From contig JAHHIB010000008.1 in assembly GCA_019359075.1 (NCBI GenBank), positions 100,793 to 132,792 of the forward strand: DNA of 32,000 nucleotides, read 5' to 3'. Every line of letters begins with the position of its first letter. Position 1 is the first letter of the stretch. Below the pieces are notes generated by a model. It was not told the DNA's origin. It did not search any database and saw nothing but the letters and a program-made list of their open reading frames with translations. Source of the stretch: Kalymmatonema hyalinum WJT4-NPBG1. Lineage in GTDB: Bacteria > Cyanobacteriota > Cyanobacteriia > Cyanobacteriales > Nostocaceae. This document shows positions 31,101 through 32,000 of this stretch, piece by piece. The translations under genes were made by a program, and so were the position numbers.

Positions 31101-32000
31101 CATTGCTGGAACAATAAACCGAGATGAATACCAATATGGTTCTAAGGCTGAGTTGGACAATTGAGATTCAAAGTCACTACGTAGTGTCAGTACAATTCGT
31201 AATTTTTCTGAATAATTAGCTACTAAATTAGCCAAGAGTTTGAGAAAGCCTTCCCGCTCTTGCTCGTTGCGACACAAGGTAAGCAATTCTTCTGCCTGGT
31301 CAATGACTAGCATTAATTTTGACTGAGGATTTTGCTGCAACCAAGTCGAAATATGATCCTCAGTATTAACTAATAATTTATCTACCGCTAATGTATTATT
31401 TAAAGCTTTTAACGGCGACTCCCCAGGACGCATAGGTGTAAGGATATGCCATTGTACATTTAACTGTTTGATGTAAGGTATCAATCCCGCTTTCACCAAA
31501 CTGGATTTTCCGGTTCCCGAAGCAGCCAACACTACTGTTAACGGTTGTTTGCAAACTTGTTGATACAATTGTTCTGTTAAAGCTTGTCTGCCGAAAAATA
31601 GTTGACTGTGTTCCTCATCAAAAGCTTGCAAACCACGATAGGGATTTTGTGACTCATCTAAAGGTGGCGCGGGTGGTAAATTTAGTTCGTGTTCGGGGGA
31701 AAGAAAGATATACTCGCCTTTATCGTGCTTGTTTAAACACCAAATACCAGGTGTTTGACGCAAACGGTATTTTTCGGTAGGAATTTCCACTCTATCCCGT
31801 AAATATAAATATAGTTCGGTAGCAGTAATCACCCCATCCCCAGCAGATTTACCAGGTTGAGGGGGAGGATAGATATCTGCTGCACCTTCGAGGGCTTCTA
31901 ATAATGCAGCAGCAAAAGGTGAATAATTACCGACTTGACCGCGTTGGGTATCCAGGGTAAGCGCAAGAAAAAATGAGCCAAAAGATGCTAGACCCGACAT
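28137..32000 (-). CDS. Caspase-like (peptidase C14) C-terminal part - P-loop STAND NTPase - single TM helix - about 13 x WD40; 5' end probably beyond the window
   Basis: N-terminal ...FLALTLDTQRGQVGNYSPFAAALLEALEGAAD...GDGVITATELYLYLRDRV...RQTPGIW matches the p10-like end of bacterial C14 caspase domains. NPYRGLQAFDEEHSQLFFGRQ plus Walker A LAASGTGKSSLVKAGLIP (about 31503-31526) and Walker B LMLVIDQAEEL form the NTPase. TM helix: WRWRIAIGVILGLSGLALGLLFFLG (about 30109-30178). WD40 repeats carry the recurring 'WNLQG' motif. Confidence 0.85.
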   Translation of the reverse strand: MSGLASFGSFFLALTLDTQRGQVGNYSPFAAALLEALEGAADIYPPPQPGKSAGDGVITATELYLYLRDRVEIPTEKYRLRQTPGIWCLNKHDKGEYIFLSPEHELNLPPAPPLDESQNPYRGLQAFDEEHSQLFFGRQALTEQLYQQVCKQPLTVVLAASGTGKSSLVKAGLIPYIKQLNVQWHILTPMRPGESPLKALNNTLAVDKLLVNTEDHISTWLQQNPQSKLMLVIDQAEELLTLCRNEQEREGFLKLLANLVANYSEKLRIVLTLRSDFESQLSNSALEPYWYSSRFIVPAMTREELRACIEEPASARVMYFEPHSLVEQLIDEVAQMPGALPLLSFTLSELYLKYLKSVREGTRSDRVITQADYEQLGGVTRSLTQRADWEYDNLVKKNTAYVSTIRKVMLRMVAVGSPDLARRRVPLSELEYPEPENTRIKEVIRRFTDARLLVEGQDAEGKPYVEPAHDALVRGWQKLLLWKQDEEESLILQRRLTPAAVEWQSVKSKEQPSGFPAKVEPAIDWLDRQLYAVENLLSKTDTELIRLWRRSQSNQQKSSKEKPAEFLWNGNPYLDVLNEQLNSQQNWFNKLEAEFVGRSVLQKRRNVSWRWRIAIGVILGLSGLALGLLFFLGRSQIREASRLRESAEISLDDNQSLDGMIKILQAGNTLKKRLLKFFPLNPPLLQEQIEGTLQRAVYTVRERNRLEGYDRPVRSVMFSPDGKQLATSGDDGTARLWNLQGKELQRFEKHKGSVRSIKYSPSGQLVATAGDDGFVRLWNLQGELVKEWNAQQGKLWGIGFSPDGNLVASEANNGTVSLWNLQGELSVELKGHQKPVKNLSFSPNGQLIASASDDSTIRLWNFQGQELKKIAGHKGPVSGLSFSPDGQLLASTGEDGFVRVWNLQGKLVEEWNAQQDKLWDIVFSLDSQQLATAGGNGTVKVWNLQGQELEKFVDPKQELEKFVGHKGPVRSVSFSPDGQQLASSSDDTMVRIWDLQGRELKKFENKKYASSVSAISLSRDGKKIVSGGKDGTIRFWDLQGQPLGEPFKGHLGDVKSVAFSPDGKKIVSGGKDGTIRLWDLQGQSLGEPFKGHLGDVKSVAFSPDGKKIVSGGKDGTIRLWNLQGQPLSKPFEDHLGDVNSVAFSSDGKQIVSGGDDGTIRLWNLQGKGERIFQIYGPRITSVTFSPDTQRIISSDHTGRILLWNLQDPKEQLPLAAWQTKQSAVNSISLSSDGKLLTTVGSDGSFKSWSIQSSDELMERACNWMRDYLNHSPDVEESDRHLCDNVNK
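28515..29018 (-). repeat. Intragenic 126-bp tandem repeats (WD40 units); two adjacent copies are nearly identical
   Basis: Units starting at 28641 and 28767 differ at only about 3-4 of 126 positions by my manual comparison. Flanking units (28515, 28893) are more diverged. They encode KIVSGGKDGTIRLWDLQGQ(S/P)LGEPFKGHLGDVKSVAFSPDGK. Confidence 0.85.

Noticed and set aside
21769-32000. A bacterial gasdermin or other dedicated substrate gene adjacent to the CHAT or caspase-like proteases.
   Set aside because: No ORF of suitable size or character flanks either gene within the window. The KaiB-like protein does not resemble a gasdermin. The upstream side of the caspase-like gene is outside the window, so absence cannot be fully asserted.

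Overview
The window looks like a filamentous cyanobacterial chromosome segment. Support: many HIP1 octamers (GCGATCGC), heptamer STRR-like intergenic repeats and Nostocales-type protein families. No rRNA, tRNA, CRISPR array, transposase or integrase was recognised. Three parts. (1) nt 1-10337, + strand: a tightly packed, partly translationally coupled polysaccharide operon. It holds six GT-B/GT4-type glycosyltransferases and gmd. It also holds an AT-rich insert encoding a GT2 polyprenyl-phosphate glycosyltransferase, a large polytopic GT-C-like membrane protein and a small 4-TM flippase-like protein (a Gtr/Arn-like trio). (2) nt 10369-22530: housekeeping genes interleaved with selfish or accessory modules. 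Housekeeping: CbiQ/EcfT-type protein, der, an inositol-monophosphatase family gene, a PucC/BCD-type MFS, an aldo/keto reductase and a long KaiB-family protein. Accessory: a DUF433/DUF5615 toxin-antitoxin pair, and a vapB-vapB-vapC locus whose PIN toxin carries an in-frame TAA. (3) Three large STAND/NLR-like NTPase genes, each with a different N-terminal death-type module and a different repeat sensor. The first is a helical Bell/HeLo-like domain plus NB-ARC plus TPR (15079-17784), split by one in-frame TGA. The second is CHAT protease plus NB-ARC plus pentapeptide linker plus 14 WD40 (23055-27509). The third is caspase-like plus P-loop NTPase plus TM helix plus about 13 WD40 (28137-32000, truncated by the window edge). 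The sensor repeats contain near-identical 126-bp tandem units. This STAND trio and the two nonsense-interrupted toxic genes are the most interesting content. All functional assignments come from reading motifs in the supplied translations; no database search was possible.
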